A model generated the notes under the pieces. That model saw only the letters and a program-made list of their open reading frames with translations. It was not told the DNA's origin and made no database searches. A stretch of 64,000 nucleotides of DNA from Candidatus Aminicenantes bacterium (GTDB lineage: Bacteria; Acidobacteriota; Aminicenantia; Aminicenantales; Saccharicenantaceae): positions 14,494 through 78,493 of the forward strand of contig JACIYI010000013.1 of the NCBI GenBank assembly GCA_014360005.1, given 5' to 3'. A program made the position numbers and the translations under genes. Below are positions 10,132 to 19,172 of this stretch, one piece after another. Each line of letters opens with the position of its first letter. Positions within the stretch are counted from its first letter, which is position 1.

Positions 10132-10779
10132 ATGTCTGAAAAATTGAGCCTTGATTCAATCCTGAAATTCCTGCCGGGCCGGCTGCTGGCAGAAAAACCC
10201 GGGCTGGCTGCCCAGATCCGATTCAGTCCGCAGCCTCCTCCCTCTACCCTGACTTACCAGGAAGTCCAGGAAACCTGTTTAAGGGCGGCTGTCCTTATTT
10301 TAATCTACCCCAAAGACCAGGAACCACACCTGGTTTTCATCCACCGCACCGGGCTGGGCAACCATCATCAGAACCAGATATCTTTTCCTGGCGGTGGCAG
10401 TCAGGCTGAAGAATCCATAGAGCAGACCGCTCTTAGAGAAGCCAGGGAAGAACTCGGAGTGGCGACTGAAAAAATAACTATAGCCGGCCAGCTGACTCCT
10501 TTGTATGTCCAGCCCAGTAATTACTGCGTTTTTCCGGTAGTAGCTATAAGCCGGGAAGAAATTCATTTCAAGCCCAGCCCCTGCGAAGTGGCGGCGGTGA
10601 TAGAAGTCCCTCTGGCTCACCTGCTCGATGATAACAGCCTCAGGGGCGAGACCTGGTTCCTACGCGGCCGCCAGGTTCTGGTTCCATTCTATCAATATGA
10701 AGACCATAAAATATGGGGAGCTACGGCCATGATCCTGAGCGAGCTTCTGGAGTTGATAGGAGAATTGAAACCCAGGTGA
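10132..10779 (+). CDS. NUDIX hydrolase, CoA-pyrophosphatase-like
   Basis: NUDIX box 'FPGGGSQAEESIEQTALREAREELGV'. Confidence 0.8.
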   Translation: MSEKLSLDSILKFLPGRLLAEKPGLAAQIRFSPQPPPSTLTYQEVQETCLRAAVLILIYPKDQEPHLVFIHRTGLGNHHQNQISFPGGGSQAEESIEQTALREAREELGVATEKITIAGQLTPLYVQPSNYCVFPVVAISREEIHFKPSPCEVAAVIEVPLAHLLDDNSLRGETWFLRGRQVLVPFYQYEDHKIWGATAMILSELLELIGELKPR

Positions 10780-10871
10780 AATTAGGCTATTTAAATGGCC
10801 AGTTGCCTGATAATCAGATAACAGCCAGAAGCTTATTGCGGAAATTTAATTGCAGTTAACAGGAGGTAATC

Positions 10872-11066
10872 ATGCCGCTGGTAGAAATACACCTGCTGGA
10901 AGGCCGGACCAAGCAACAGAAAAAGGCCCTGCTGGAAGCCGTCACCAGGGCCGTCCATGAATCCCTCCAGGCCCCGCTGGAAACCATCAGGGTCTGGATT
11001 CAGGAAATGCCGCCGGATGAATTCATGACGGCCGGAGTCCTGGCCTCGGACAAATACAAAAAATAA
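10872..11066 (+). CDS. 4-oxalocrotonate tautomerase family protein
   Basis: 64 aa with 'MPLVEIHLLEGRT' (catalytic Pro1 after Met removal); SD AGGAGG upstream. Confidence 0.8.
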   Translation: MPLVEIHLLEGRTKQQKKALLEAVTRAVHESLQAPLETIRVWIQEMPPDEFMTAGVLASDKYKK

Positions 11067-11077
11067 CCACAAAAAAA

Positions 11078-11104
11078 GGAGGGGGCAGCTTCCTGCCCCC
11101 CTCC
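11078..11104. terminator. bidirectional intrinsic terminator
   Basis: GGAGGGGGCAG-cttc-CTGCCCCCCTCC hairpin; A7 on the left side gives a U-run for the minus-strand OMP gene. Confidence 0.75.
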
Positions 11105-11146
11105 TCACCTGCTGGCAGTTTATTCTATTTTTCTCTCTGAAGGGCC

Positions 11147-13897
11147 TTAATAATTCAAATAGAAAGTCAGGGCGAAGGTTCGGGGTGGAGCATAAGAAGT
11201 TGGCATCATGTAGGTGGGCTGGTCGCCACGGACATCAATCCGCAGGGCAGTCTGGGCATTGAAGACATTCATCATTCTGGCTTCCAGGACGGCCCGGAAG
11301 CGAGCCAGGGGAATTTCGTAGCTGACCTGCATATCGCAGTTTACCCAGGTTTTCAGCCGATGGCTGCCGGCCGGTTCCAGGTAGCGGTAATAGTTGCCAT
11401 AATAATCCAGTCCTCTCTTCTCCCAGGGTGCGCCGCTCTGGACTCTGAGGTAACCACCGAAAGTCGTCCTTTTCATAAATTTCCAGGTCCCGAACAGCTT
11501 GAAGACGTGAGTTCGGTCTCCAGATAGAATGCCCTTACGGTTGGGATCGCTAAGGTAGAGCCCGGGAGCATCCTCAATGTAGGAAGAAGCATAGAACAGG
11601 GCCGTGCCTGGCGCATAGTCCAGGTCCCAGTTGCCTTTCATCCGGCTCAGGGTGTACATGGCGCTCAAGGACCATTTATCCGAGTACTGTTTTTTCAATT
11701 CAAAGTTGATAGCCTTGTAGACTCTCCTGGCATTAGAAGCGAAGAACGGGGTAAAGCCTGATTGAGGAATCCTGGCCTGGATGTCGGGCGGCAGTAAATT
11801 CCAGGAAACTAACTGCCCGTCCAGGTTATGGTAGATGTAGCTTCCGGGTGCAGTCTCCCGGTTTCTGGTCGGAAAATCCTCAATGATGTGCCTGACATAA
11901 CGATACTGGCCCCAGACTTCAATCGTCCAGTCCTGGTTGAGTGGACGGCTGTAACCGGCTACCACTTCATCGGTATAGGTAGGTTTCACATCGGGGTGGA
12001 TTATTTTGCCGGTTTCATTGGCCTGGATGACATCGGCCAGCCAGGCTCCGTCGCTGGCCTGGAAATAAGTATCTGTCCTGAAGATGCGAACCGGAGCTGC
12101 GGCCCTGGCCAGGGAGCGGTTGTCCATGTTGTTGTAGCGGCCAAAGCTGGCAAAAACCTTGTCGCCAGCCTTGGGGTCAAGGACGTAGGTAAAACCGAAC
12201 CTCGGCTGGATTTCTTTGTCAAAATTGAATACTAAAAATCTTATTTTCTCATTGGTCTTAACGCTGAATTCATCGCGGTTCAGCAGGAAGCCCAGGATCA
12301 GGGTAAACCGTTCCCCGATACTGATGTTATCCTGCAGGAAGATACCGTAGGTGCGACCGCGGGAATCCTGCGGCGGCTGTTCGGAATAATAGCGGCAGCG
12401 GAAAGCTGGTTGTCCGCCATAGGTGGTAAGAATTATGCTCCCCCAGCCGTTGGCCAGCCTTTCCAGGTACTCGCCGCCGTCATCATAGGAGAACCCGGCT
12501 TTAATGACATGATTATGCCCGGCAAAATCCAGGTACTTAGTAAATACCAGCTTGAATTCATCACGGAAAAAGTTCTGGGTATTGTATTCGGAAGCAGCTC
12601 CGACATATTGTCCTGAGGCCGTAGCCGGTGGGATTATATAGCCGGTGGCCGTCCTGAAGTAGCCCATCTGGTCCAGGTGGTTGATGTCAAATGGAGGCAG
12701 ATACCCCAGTTCGTTGATGGGCACGCTTTTATAGTTTTCGTTCACATGGTCGTATTTGACTTCCAGCAAAGTGGACTGAGTAATGGTCCAGACCCAGGAG
12801 GCATAGATAATCCTGGACAGGCCGTTGCCGTTTACAGCCACGCTGGGAGCACTGTTAACTCCGATACCGGCATTCTTGTTGGTATAATCATTGTTTCTGA
12901 AGCTCACCGAGAAGATATGGGCTCTCCAGGGGTTAGCCGTAACTTTGACAAATAATTCATTGGAAGTGCTCTTGGCATCAGGCACCGGACCGAGGTTGTT
13001 TACCCGCCCGGTCGTCCTGGAATAAGGCAGGTTGCCGGAGACATACCACCAGAGCCGGTCCTTGATGATCGGTCCCCCAATTCCAATCGAGGGAGAATAG
13101 CGATCATACTTGGTAATGATATTCGGGTCATGGCTCTTCCAGGTAAATTCAGAAGGTTCGAACACGAACCTTAACGAACCCGAGATTTGGTTGGAACCGG
13201 ACTTGGTGATGGCATTGGTTACCATGCCGGCTGACCGGCCGAACTCGGCACTGATGCCTCCCCGCTTGATGTTAACTTCCTGGATATCCATTTCCGAAAA
13301 ATTGGAGCCCAGGTAACCGAAGAAGGGGTTGGTGATGTTGGAGCCGTCGTAAAGATAGACGTTGTCCTGCCTGCCGCCACCAGCAGCCGGAGCGAAATCG
13401 CGGTTATCAGCTACGCCCGGGGCCAGCTGAAAAAGCGAAGCATAGGACCGCCCTAGGGGTAGTTTCTGAAGATTTTCCGCGACCCAGTTTCCTGATACTT
13501 CCGTAGATTTCAAGTCGACCGCCGGCACGGCCGCTACCACCGTCACCTCTTCCGAGATTTTACCCACCGGCTGCAGAATAGCATTGACAAAAGTCTGCCG
13601 GTCTATGGCCACGGTAACTTCGGCCGTGAAGTCAATCATTTCCGGATGGGTCACGACCAGAGTATATTTACCGGGTGGCAGGGCCTGAAACAGAAAACCT
13701 CCATCCTTGCCAGTAATGTATTCCCTGCCCAGCGGCAGCGGCTTACCGGAAATGATGACGGTGGCTCCTTCCAGCACCCGGCCGTCAGCACTTTTGACCA
13801 GACCCCGAATTGAACCTCTTTCCTGGGCCAGAGCCAGCTGAGAAAGGAGCAATAAGACAAAGAAACACAGACTAATAATTTTAAGATGCTTCGACAT
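11147..13897 (-). CDS. TonB-dependent-receptor-like outer-membrane protein with N-terminal CarboxypepD_reg domain
   Basis: Signal peptide; 'GSIRGLVKSADGRVLEGATVII...GKYTLVV' carboxypeptidase-regulatory fold; long beta-rich body ending in aromatic 'FYLNY'; start set to ATG 13897 (GGAGGG SD). Confidence 0.75.
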   Translation of the reverse strand: MSKHLKIISLCFFVLLLLSQLALAQERGSIRGLVKSADGRVLEGATVIISGKPLPLGREYITGKDGGFLFQALPPGKYTLVVTHPEMIDFTAEVTVAIDRQTFVNAILQPVGKISEEVTVVAAVPAVDLKSTEVSGNWVAENLQKLPLGRSYASLFQLAPGVADNRDFAPAAGGGRQDNVYLYDGSNITNPFFGYLGSNFSEMDIQEVNIKRGGISAEFGRSAGMVTNAITKSGSNQISGSLRFVFEPSEFTWKSHDPNIITKYDRYSPSIGIGGPIIKDRLWWYVSGNLPYSRTTGRVNNLGPVPDAKSTSNELFVKVTANPWRAHIFSVSFRNNDYTNKNAGIGVNSAPSVAVNGNGLSRIIYASWVWTITQSTLLEVKYDHVNENYKSVPINELGYLPPFDINHLDQMGYFRTATGYIIPPATASGQYVGAASEYNTQNFFRDEFKLVFTKYLDFAGHNHVIKAGFSYDDGGEYLERLANGWGSIILTTYGGQPAFRCRYYSEQPPQDSRGRTYGIFLQDNISIGERFTLILGFLLNRDEFSVKTNEKIRFLVFNFDKEIQPRFGFTYVLDPKAGDKVFASFGRYNNMDNRSLARAAAPVRIFRTDTYFQASDGAWLADVIQANETGKIIHPDVKPTYTDEVVAGYSRPLNQDWTIEVWGQYRYVRHIIEDFPTRNRETAPGSYIYHNLDGQLVSWNLLPPDIQARIPQSGFTPFFASNARRVYKAINFELKKQYSDKWSLSAMYTLSRMKGNWDLDYAPGTALFYASSYIEDAPGLYLSDPNRKGILSGDRTHVFKLFGTWKFMKRTTFGGYLRVQSGAPWEKRGLDYYGNYYRYLEPAGSHRLKTWVNCDMQVSYEIPLARFRAVLEARMMNVFNAQTALRIDVRGDQPTYMMPTSYAPPRTFALTFYLNY

Positions 13898-14173
13898 TTT
13901 GCCCTCCTCTCTAAGGCTGTCCATTTCCGCAATCTTTTCGCTGGAATTTTAATTCTAATAAGATGAGCCTGTCAAATCATTTACTTCCTTTGATTTTATT
14001 TAGGCTTAAGCTGGGCCAGACCAGTCCCGGGTTAAGAGCTTTCCTTCTTAAAACAATAACCAAAAAAATAAAAATCATCATAAGCAGCCTGGAATAGAGC
14101 AGGAAACACCCGGCTTGAACTCATGATTTCTGGCTGTGGTTTTCTTTTAAGGAATCAGAACCAAAAGCAGAAG

Positions 14174-14259
14174 TGCCGGAGGAGGGAGTCGAACCCACAC
14201 CCGAAGTGAATCGGACTGGATTTTGAGTCCAGCGCGTCTGCCAATTCCGCCACTCCGGC
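14174..14259 (-). tRNA. tRNA-Leu (anticodon CAA)
   Basis: Manual cloverleaf: acceptor GCCGGAG/CTCCGGC, anticodon arm CTGGA-CTCAAAA-TCCAG, long variable arm, GGTTCGACTCC T-arm; CCA not encoded. Confidence 0.9.
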
Positions 14260-14601
14260 TGCCGTTAGGCTAATTTACTATAAAAAAATCGCGAGCGTTT
14301 TTCAAGGTTTCGGGTTTCGAGGCTGAGAGAGACGGTCAGCCAAACTAATCACTCTCAGTTCGGGAAATTCCTCCACCACCGTTAAATAAATACCTGAAAG
14401 ATATATAGGGCGACCTAATCCACTCACCTGAGGCCACCAAATACCGGAGCTAAACAAAACTTACTAAGGGTAAACCTATAAATGGTGATCAGATTAGAGT
14501 TTTACGATTCGTTTGGCTCGAACTGAGACCTAACAGCCAGGATTTCAGGGTGCAGGTTCCAGTCCATTGCCAACTTATCTTCTATCTGTTATAAATCATA
14601 C

Positions 14602-15216
14602 ATGACTACCGACAGGAGACGAGATCGCATTATTTCGGTGCTGTCCAAACGCCAGCCCGACCTGCGAGTGGTGCTGGAGGAGGTGGCCATCAGCCATAAC
14701 GCCAGTGCCGTGGCCCGGACCTGCGAGGCTACCGGCGTTCTAAACCTTCATATCATCTCCAGCCAGCCGGACCAGCTGGCTTTTAACGAAGCCATCTCCA
14801 CCAGGGCCGAGAAATGGCTGGATATTCATTTCCATGAAACCACTGCCGACTGTCTGAATCTTTTAAGAAGACATGATTTCCGCATTGCCGTGACCACTCT
14901 GACCGGAAACACCATACCCTATACCGAGATTGACTATTGCCAGCCGATAGCCATTGTCTTCGGCAACGAATCGGAAGGAGTCTCTGACCAGGCCCTGGAA
15001 CTGGCTGATTATCGCCTCAGAATACCAATGGTGGGCATGGTCCAGAGTCTTAACCTGTCAGTCTCGGTAGGAGTCATTCTCTATGAAGCTTTCCGGCAGC
15101 GTCAGGCCAGGGGTTTTTATTCCAGCTGCCGCTTGCCGGTCGAAGAATTTGAGCGCCGTCTCCATCACTGGCTGAGCAACCCCAAACCACGAAAACCCTT
15201 TAGCCAGAAAAAATAA
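14602..15216 (+). CDS. SpoU/TrmH-family RNA 2'-O-methyltransferase
   Basis: 204 aa; 'NASAVARTCEATGV', 'IVFGNESEGVS', 'IPMVGMVQSLNLSVSVGVILYE' SPOUT motifs. Confidence 0.8.
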   Translation: MTTDRRRDRIISVLSKRQPDLRVVLEEVAISHNASAVARTCEATGVLNLHIISSQPDQLAFNEAISTRAEKWLDIHFHETTADCLNLLRRHDFRIAVTTLTGNTIPYTEIDYCQPIAIVFGNESEGVSDQALELADYRLRIPMVGMVQSLNLSVSVGVILYEAFRQRQARGFYSSCRLPVEEFERRLHHWLSNPKPRKPFSQKK

Positions 15217-15218
15217 AA

Positions 15219-15238
15219 GGGCGGGATAAATCCCGCCC
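15219..15238. terminator. bidirectional intrinsic terminator
   Basis: GGGCGGGA-taaa-TCCCGCCC hairpin flanked by an A-run, which is a U-run for the minus-strand htrA-like operon. Confidence 0.7.
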
Positions 15239-15262
15239 TGGTATGGAGAATGGAGCAGGTCT

Positions 15263-16927
15263 TTAGATTCTCCTCATGGACTCCAGATAAAATTGCCCTA
15301 ACTTCCGGTATAGCTCCTGACTCTCTTCATAAATCTTCCTGGTTTGTTCCTCGAATTGGGGTTTAAGCCTGGTTATTTCTTTCTGTAATTTCCGCAATTG
15401 CTCCTGGTGTTCTTGCTGCCAGGTATCCATCTGTTTCTGATAGTTCCTGGCGACTCCCTCCAGTTCTTCAGAAAACCGGCCTGTTCCCGGCCAGTATTTT
15501 CTCTGTTCCTCGGCCACTTCCACTTCAACTTTCATCTTCTTCTTGTCTCGCAGTATCTCCAGGGAAATCTTTTCGCCTTTCTTCTTTTTCTGAATCAGGT
15601 CGGTCAGGGCCTCCAGAGTTTCCACCCGCTGACCATCGGCCGCCACAATCACATCCCCCACTTTTAACCCGGCTTTCTCGGCTGGACTGTGGGGATTAAC
15701 TTTGGCCACCAGAAGGCCTCGCCCTTCGGCCAGGCCAAAGAACCTGGAAAGTTCTGGGGTCAACTGCTCCAGGAAAACCCCTATATAGCGGTAGTTTTCG
15801 AAGCCGAATTCAAATTCAAACTTTTCACCTTCCGGAAAATCCGGCAAAGCCGGCCGGGAGGGCAACCTTGGCATCCGGCGGAAAAGGTTCGGAAACCTCA
15901 GTTCGAGCTCCCGCTGAGCCTCTTCTTCCGGCACTGCTCCCAGCTTGACTTTTATTTCCTTGGTTTGACCTTCCCGGTCGATGGTCAGGTTGATATCCTG
16001 GCCGGGCCGGCGGCTCCTGATTTCCGAGACCAGCTGGTCGGAAGAACCGACCTTCCGTCCGTCTATCTTGACAATCCTGTCACCCGGTTTCAATTTGGCC
16101 AGCTCGGCCGGGCTGTCCTCCTCCACGCCGGTTATCAGCACCCGGCCTTCCCGGTCCTGGGCGATGGACACTCCAAGCCAACCTCTCTCCACCCGCCCTT
16201 TGGTCTTGATTTCCTGAAATACCTTTTGAACTACCTCGACCGGGATAGCCATGGCCATGCCGGCGGCCGGGGCTTCAGCCTGGCTGAAGACATACCCGGT
16301 CCCGGTAGCTTCCCGGTCTCTAAACCTGAAGACTATCGGGCTTTCTTCGGCGTAGACCCCGCGCAACAAGCCAACCAGCTGGCCCTTTTCGTCCAGCACC
16401 GGGCCGCCGCTCATGCCAGGCGTTATCCAGATGTTAAGACGCAGGCGGTCCGGAGCCACGGCACTGACTATCCCCTGGGTGACCGTGAGCCCGGTATCAG
16501 GAGCTATCCCCAGGGCACAGACCCAGGAACCGGGTTTCAGGTTGGCGGCTGAACCTGCGGTCACGGCCTGGAGCTTCTTATTCTTGACCTGCAGGAAGGC
16601 AATCCTGGTCTCCGGGTCAAAGCCTAGAAAATCAGCCTCGTAACGATGGCCGCTGTTATCTATGACAGTTAATTTCTCGCCTCTGGGGGAAATCAGGGCG
16701 GTGGTGGCAATATAACCGTCTTTATCGATAATCACCCCGCTGGCCACTCGCCTCAGGCCATTACGAACTTCCACCCTGACAACGGATGGCGAAGCTTTCT
16801 TGACGATTTCGCTGGCCTGGCGCTCGACCGCCGGCAGGGCTCCCGAAAACGCCGGGCTGAAATAACCGGTCAGGAAAACCAGCAGGACCGCCAGGGTCAG
16901 ACTTAAAACTCTGTTCTCAGCTCTCAT
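15263..16927 (-). CDS. HtrA/DegP-like protein with two PDZ domains, non-canonical catalytic triad and C-terminal coiled-coil tail
   Basis: Trypsin-fold blocks 'ASGVIIDKDGYIATT', 'GMSGGPV'; two PDZ blocks ('GVEEDSPAELAKLKPGDRIVKIDG', 'VNPHSPAEKAGLKVGDVIVAADG'); see finding on His/Asp loss. Confidence 0.8.
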   Translation of the reverse strand: MRAENRVLSLTLAVLLVFLTGYFSPAFSGALPAVERQASEIVKKASPSVVRVEVRNGLRRVASGVIIDKDGYIATTALISPRGEKLTVIDNSGHRYEADFLGFDPETRIAFLQVKNKKLQAVTAGSAANLKPGSWVCALGIAPDTGLTVTQGIVSAVAPDRLRLNIWITPGMSGGPVLDEKGQLVGLLRGVYAEESPIVFRFRDREATGTGYVFSQAEAPAAGMAMAIPVEVVQKVFQEIKTKGRVERGWLGVSIAQDREGRVLITGVEEDSPAELAKLKPGDRIVKIDGRKVGSSDQLVSEIRSRRPGQDINLTIDREGQTKEIKVKLGAVPEEEAQRELELRFPNLFRRMPRLPSRPALPDFPEGEKFEFEFGFENYRYIGVFLEQLTPELSRFFGLAEGRGLLVAKVNPHSPAEKAGLKVGDVIVAADGQRVETLEALTDLIQKKKKGEKISLEILRDKKKMKVEVEVAEEQRKYWPGTGRFSEELEGVARNYQKQMDTWQQEHQEQLRKLQKEITRLKPQFEEQTRKIYEESQELYRKLGQFYLESMRRI

Positions 16928-16938
16928 TTGATTCCTCC

Positions 16939-17304
16939 TCAGTAACTGATTTGCTGAATCCAGCTGTCAGACACCTGCTCCAGGATGAACATGGTTTGAG
17001 AATCGCTGGCCGCGCGGCGCATTTCCTGTCTCAGGTCCAGCGGTTCCACCAGGTGAATCACCTTCCCCTGCTGTCCCTCCGGGGTGAGTCCGGTCACCGT
17101 GGACACAGGAGATTTCCTAAGACTCGGGGAAAAGATGATGATACCGGCTAGAAGCAGCGCGGCCGCCCCGGCCAGGCTGAATTCCAGCCGCCGCAGCCTG
17201 ACCCTTTTTATTTTTTGTTCCCGCACTCTGTACAGGACAGCTGCCTCAAATCCGGCAGGGGCAACCACCCGTTCCAGATTTTCTAAGAATCTTTCAGGAT
17301 CCAT
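16939..17304 (-). CDS. single-pass membrane protein, candidate anti-sigma factor
   Basis: 121 aa, one TM ('LAGAAALLLAGIIIF'); 15 nt downstream of the ECF sigma gene and 11 nt upstream of the htrA-like gene; no zf-HC2 motif. Confidence 0.45.
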   Translation of the reverse strand: MDPERFLENLERVVAPAGFEAAVLYRVREQKIKRVRLRRLEFSLAGAAALLLAGIIIFSPSLRKSPVSTVTGLTPEGQQGKVIHLVEPLDLRQEMRRAASDSQTMFILEQVSDSWIQQISY

Positions 17305-17319
17305 CTCAGCTCTCCATAT

Positions 17320-17925
17320 CTATAATTCCAGATTATCGATTTCCGTTTCATTTTCACGGCCATCTTTTTTGTTTTTTATTTCCCGACCCTCTTCCAGCCA
17401 GCGCCGGAGGTATTCCCGACCCCGGCTGATCCTGGCCTTAACCGTGCCCAGCGGTAGCTTCAGCAGCCTGGCAATTTCCTCCTGGGAGAAGCCTTCCACA
17501 TCCTTGAGGATAACCGGGATCCGGTAGCGGGGATGAAGTCTGTTCAGGGCCATTCTGACGTTCCTCATCAGGCCGGGGTCGTTATGGTCCAGGGAGTAAC
17601 TACCGGAAGAATAATCATTGGTTATTTCCTCCAGCGGCACCGACGGGTGACGGCTGAGCTTCTTCTTTTCAGTCCGGGCCAGGTTGGCGGCAATGGAATA
17701 GATCCAGGCTGAAACCGGGGCTATCGGCCGGTATTTTTTGGCCTTGAAATAAACCCGAAGAAAAGTCTCCTGCGACAGGTCCACCGCCAGCTGGTAATCC
17801 CCCGTCACCTGGTAAAGGAAATTGACTATTCTATCCTTGTAAAGGCCAAGCAACTGACAGAAGGCGGACTCATCCCCTTCTTTCACTCTTTCCATGAGTG
17901 CCTGCTCATCCATCCTGCTATTCAT
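17320..17925 (-). CDS. ECF-type RNA polymerase sigma-70 factor
   Basis: 201 aa; region 2 ('YKDRIVNFLYQVTGDYQLAVDLSQETFLRVY') and region 4 HTH ('FSQEEIARLLKLPLGTVKARISRGR'). Confidence 0.85.
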   Translation of the reverse strand: MNSRMDEQALMERVKEGDESAFCQLLGLYKDRIVNFLYQVTGDYQLAVDLSQETFLRVYFKAKKYRPIAPVSAWIYSIAANLARTEKKKLSRHPSVPLEEITNDYSSGSYSLDHNDPGLMRNVRMALNRLHPRYRIPVILKDVEGFSQEEIARLLKLPLGTVKARISRGREYLRRWLEEGREIKNKKDGRENETEIDNLEL

Positions 17926-17971
17926 AAACCACCCGGTCTCAGAAAAGTTGCATCCTCTGCCTTTATCTTTA

Positions 17972-17999
17972 ATAATATAGCTAAGCCTGAGATTGTCAA
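17972..17999 (-). promoter_or_regulatory. sigma70-like promoter candidate for the minus-strand ECF operon
   Basis: TTGACA-N16-TATTAT read on the minus strand, about 45 nt upstream of the ATG at 17925. Confidence 0.35.
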
Positions 18000-18050
18000 A
18001 GCCCTGAAGCTCAGTTATGTCGGCTTTTCCTGGCCTGATGGCTGGTTCAG

Positions 18051-18076
18051 GGAACTTTTTACGTAAAGATTTCGTC
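18051..18076 (+). promoter_or_regulatory. ECF-type (autoregulatory) promoter candidate
   Basis: GGAAC-N17-CGTC; the -10 element ends 7 nt before the ATG at 18084. Confidence 0.45.
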
Positions 18077-18083
18077 TACCAGG

Positions 18084-18647
18084 ATGACGTGCGTGGAAGT
18101 GAAAGAGATAGTCAAAAATTGTCTGAAAGGAGAGGCGGAAGCCTGGAAAATGTTAGTTGACCTTTATTCCCGGAAAATCTTCAACCTGGCCTACCAGTTC
18201 GCTGGCAGTCCCCAGGAAGCTGAAGACCTTGCCCAGGAAATATTCCTGAAACTTTACAATGCCCTGGGTAAGTATGATTTTGAGCGGGATTTCAGCGCCT
18301 GGTTTCTGACCCTGGCCAGGAACCTGCTGATCGACGAGTTCCGCCGAACCAGGCTGGAAAAATCACAACGCACTGACCTGGAAGAGGTTAGGCCCACTGC
18401 GGACGAGGCCGATGAGCCAGAAACCAGGTACCTGAGCCAGGAGAAAGCCGCCCTGGTCAGAGAAGCTTTGCTCCAGTTGTCCCCGGAATTAAGGACCGTC
18501 CTGGTGCTGCGGGAAATAGAAGGCTTCAGCTACGAAGAAATCGCCCAAAAAATGAAACTCCCACTGGGCACGGTCAAAAGCCGGGTCAACCGGGGCCGGA
18601 TTCAGGTGGCTCAGGCTATTTTGGAAAAAAGCGGAGGCCAGATATGA
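18084..18647 (+). CDS. ECF-type RNA polymerase sigma-70 factor
   Basis: 187 aa; region 2 ('AWKMLVDLYSRKIFNLAYQFAGSPQEAEDLAQEIFLKLY') and region 4 ('FSYEEIAQKMKLPLGTVKSRVNRGR'). Confidence 0.85.
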   Translation: MTCVEVKEIVKNCLKGEAEAWKMLVDLYSRKIFNLAYQFAGSPQEAEDLAQEIFLKLYNALGKYDFERDFSAWFLTLARNLLIDEFRRTRLEKSQRTDLEEVRPTADEADEPETRYLSQEKAALVREALLQLSPELRTVLVLREIEGFSYEEIAQKMKLPLGTVKSRVNRGRIQVAQAILEKSGGQI

Positions 18648-19159
18648 ACTGTCAACAAGCCCGTCTTCTTTTCTCAGCCTACCTGGAGGCTGAACTCCAG
18701 CCCGGGACCAGGTCGGAACTTGAAGCTCATCTAAAGCTCTGCTCCGATTGCTCCAGGCTGCTGGAAGCCACCCGCTCCCTGGAGCTGGAATGGTCCAGGC
18801 TGCCCGAAGTAGAACTGCCAGCCGAACTGCTCCAGAAACTCTACCTTATCCCGGAAACTGCCGCCGCCAGAAAGGCCAGCCAGAAGGACAGATTTTCAGG
18901 CTGGAAATTCTGGCTAAGCCCGGCTTTTCAGCCGGTCTTGGCCTCCCTGACCGTGATCCTGGTAGTTTTTTCCCTGCTGACTTTTACCACTCCCGGCCGG
19001 AGACTGAAGAAGTCGGCCGCCCTGGAGCTACGGCGCACCTACAGCCTGGCCCAGAAGACCCTGGTCAAAGCTGGAGTTCTGAAAGATAAACTCGATGGTT
19101 ACCGCGAAAACTTTATAGCTTCATTGGAAGCTGTAAATATCAAACAAGACAAAAAATAA
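18644..19159 (+). CDS. anti-sigma factor, zf-HC2 type, single-pass membrane protein
   Basis: ATGA overlap with the sigma gene; 'C..AR.....L..EL......E.E.HL..C..C' putative zinc-finger; one TM. Confidence 0.75.
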   Translation: MNCQQARLLFSAYLEAELQPGTRSELEAHLKLCSDCSRLLEATRSLELEWSRLPEVELPAELLQKLYLIPETAAARKASQKDRFSGWKFWLSPAFQPVLASLTVILVVFSLLTFTTPGRRLKKSAALELRRTYSLAQKTLVKAGVLKDKLDGYRENFIASLEAVNIKQDKK

Positions 19160-19172
19160 ATGGAGGTTTAAG

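Noticed and set aside
14371-14378. 'CTCCACCA' resembling a tmRNA/tRNA 3' end, next to a GTTCG-containing segment
   Set aside because: No T-arm can be built upstream, there is no matching 5' acceptor strand, and no tag-peptide reading frame. It looks like chance similarity.
14174-14601. An integrated mobile element at tRNA-Leu (and likewise at tRNA-Gly, 23051-23122)
   Set aside because: There is no integrase, excisionase or phage gene nearby, and no direct repeat of either tRNA 3' end within the window. The flanking genes are ordinary housekeeping genes.
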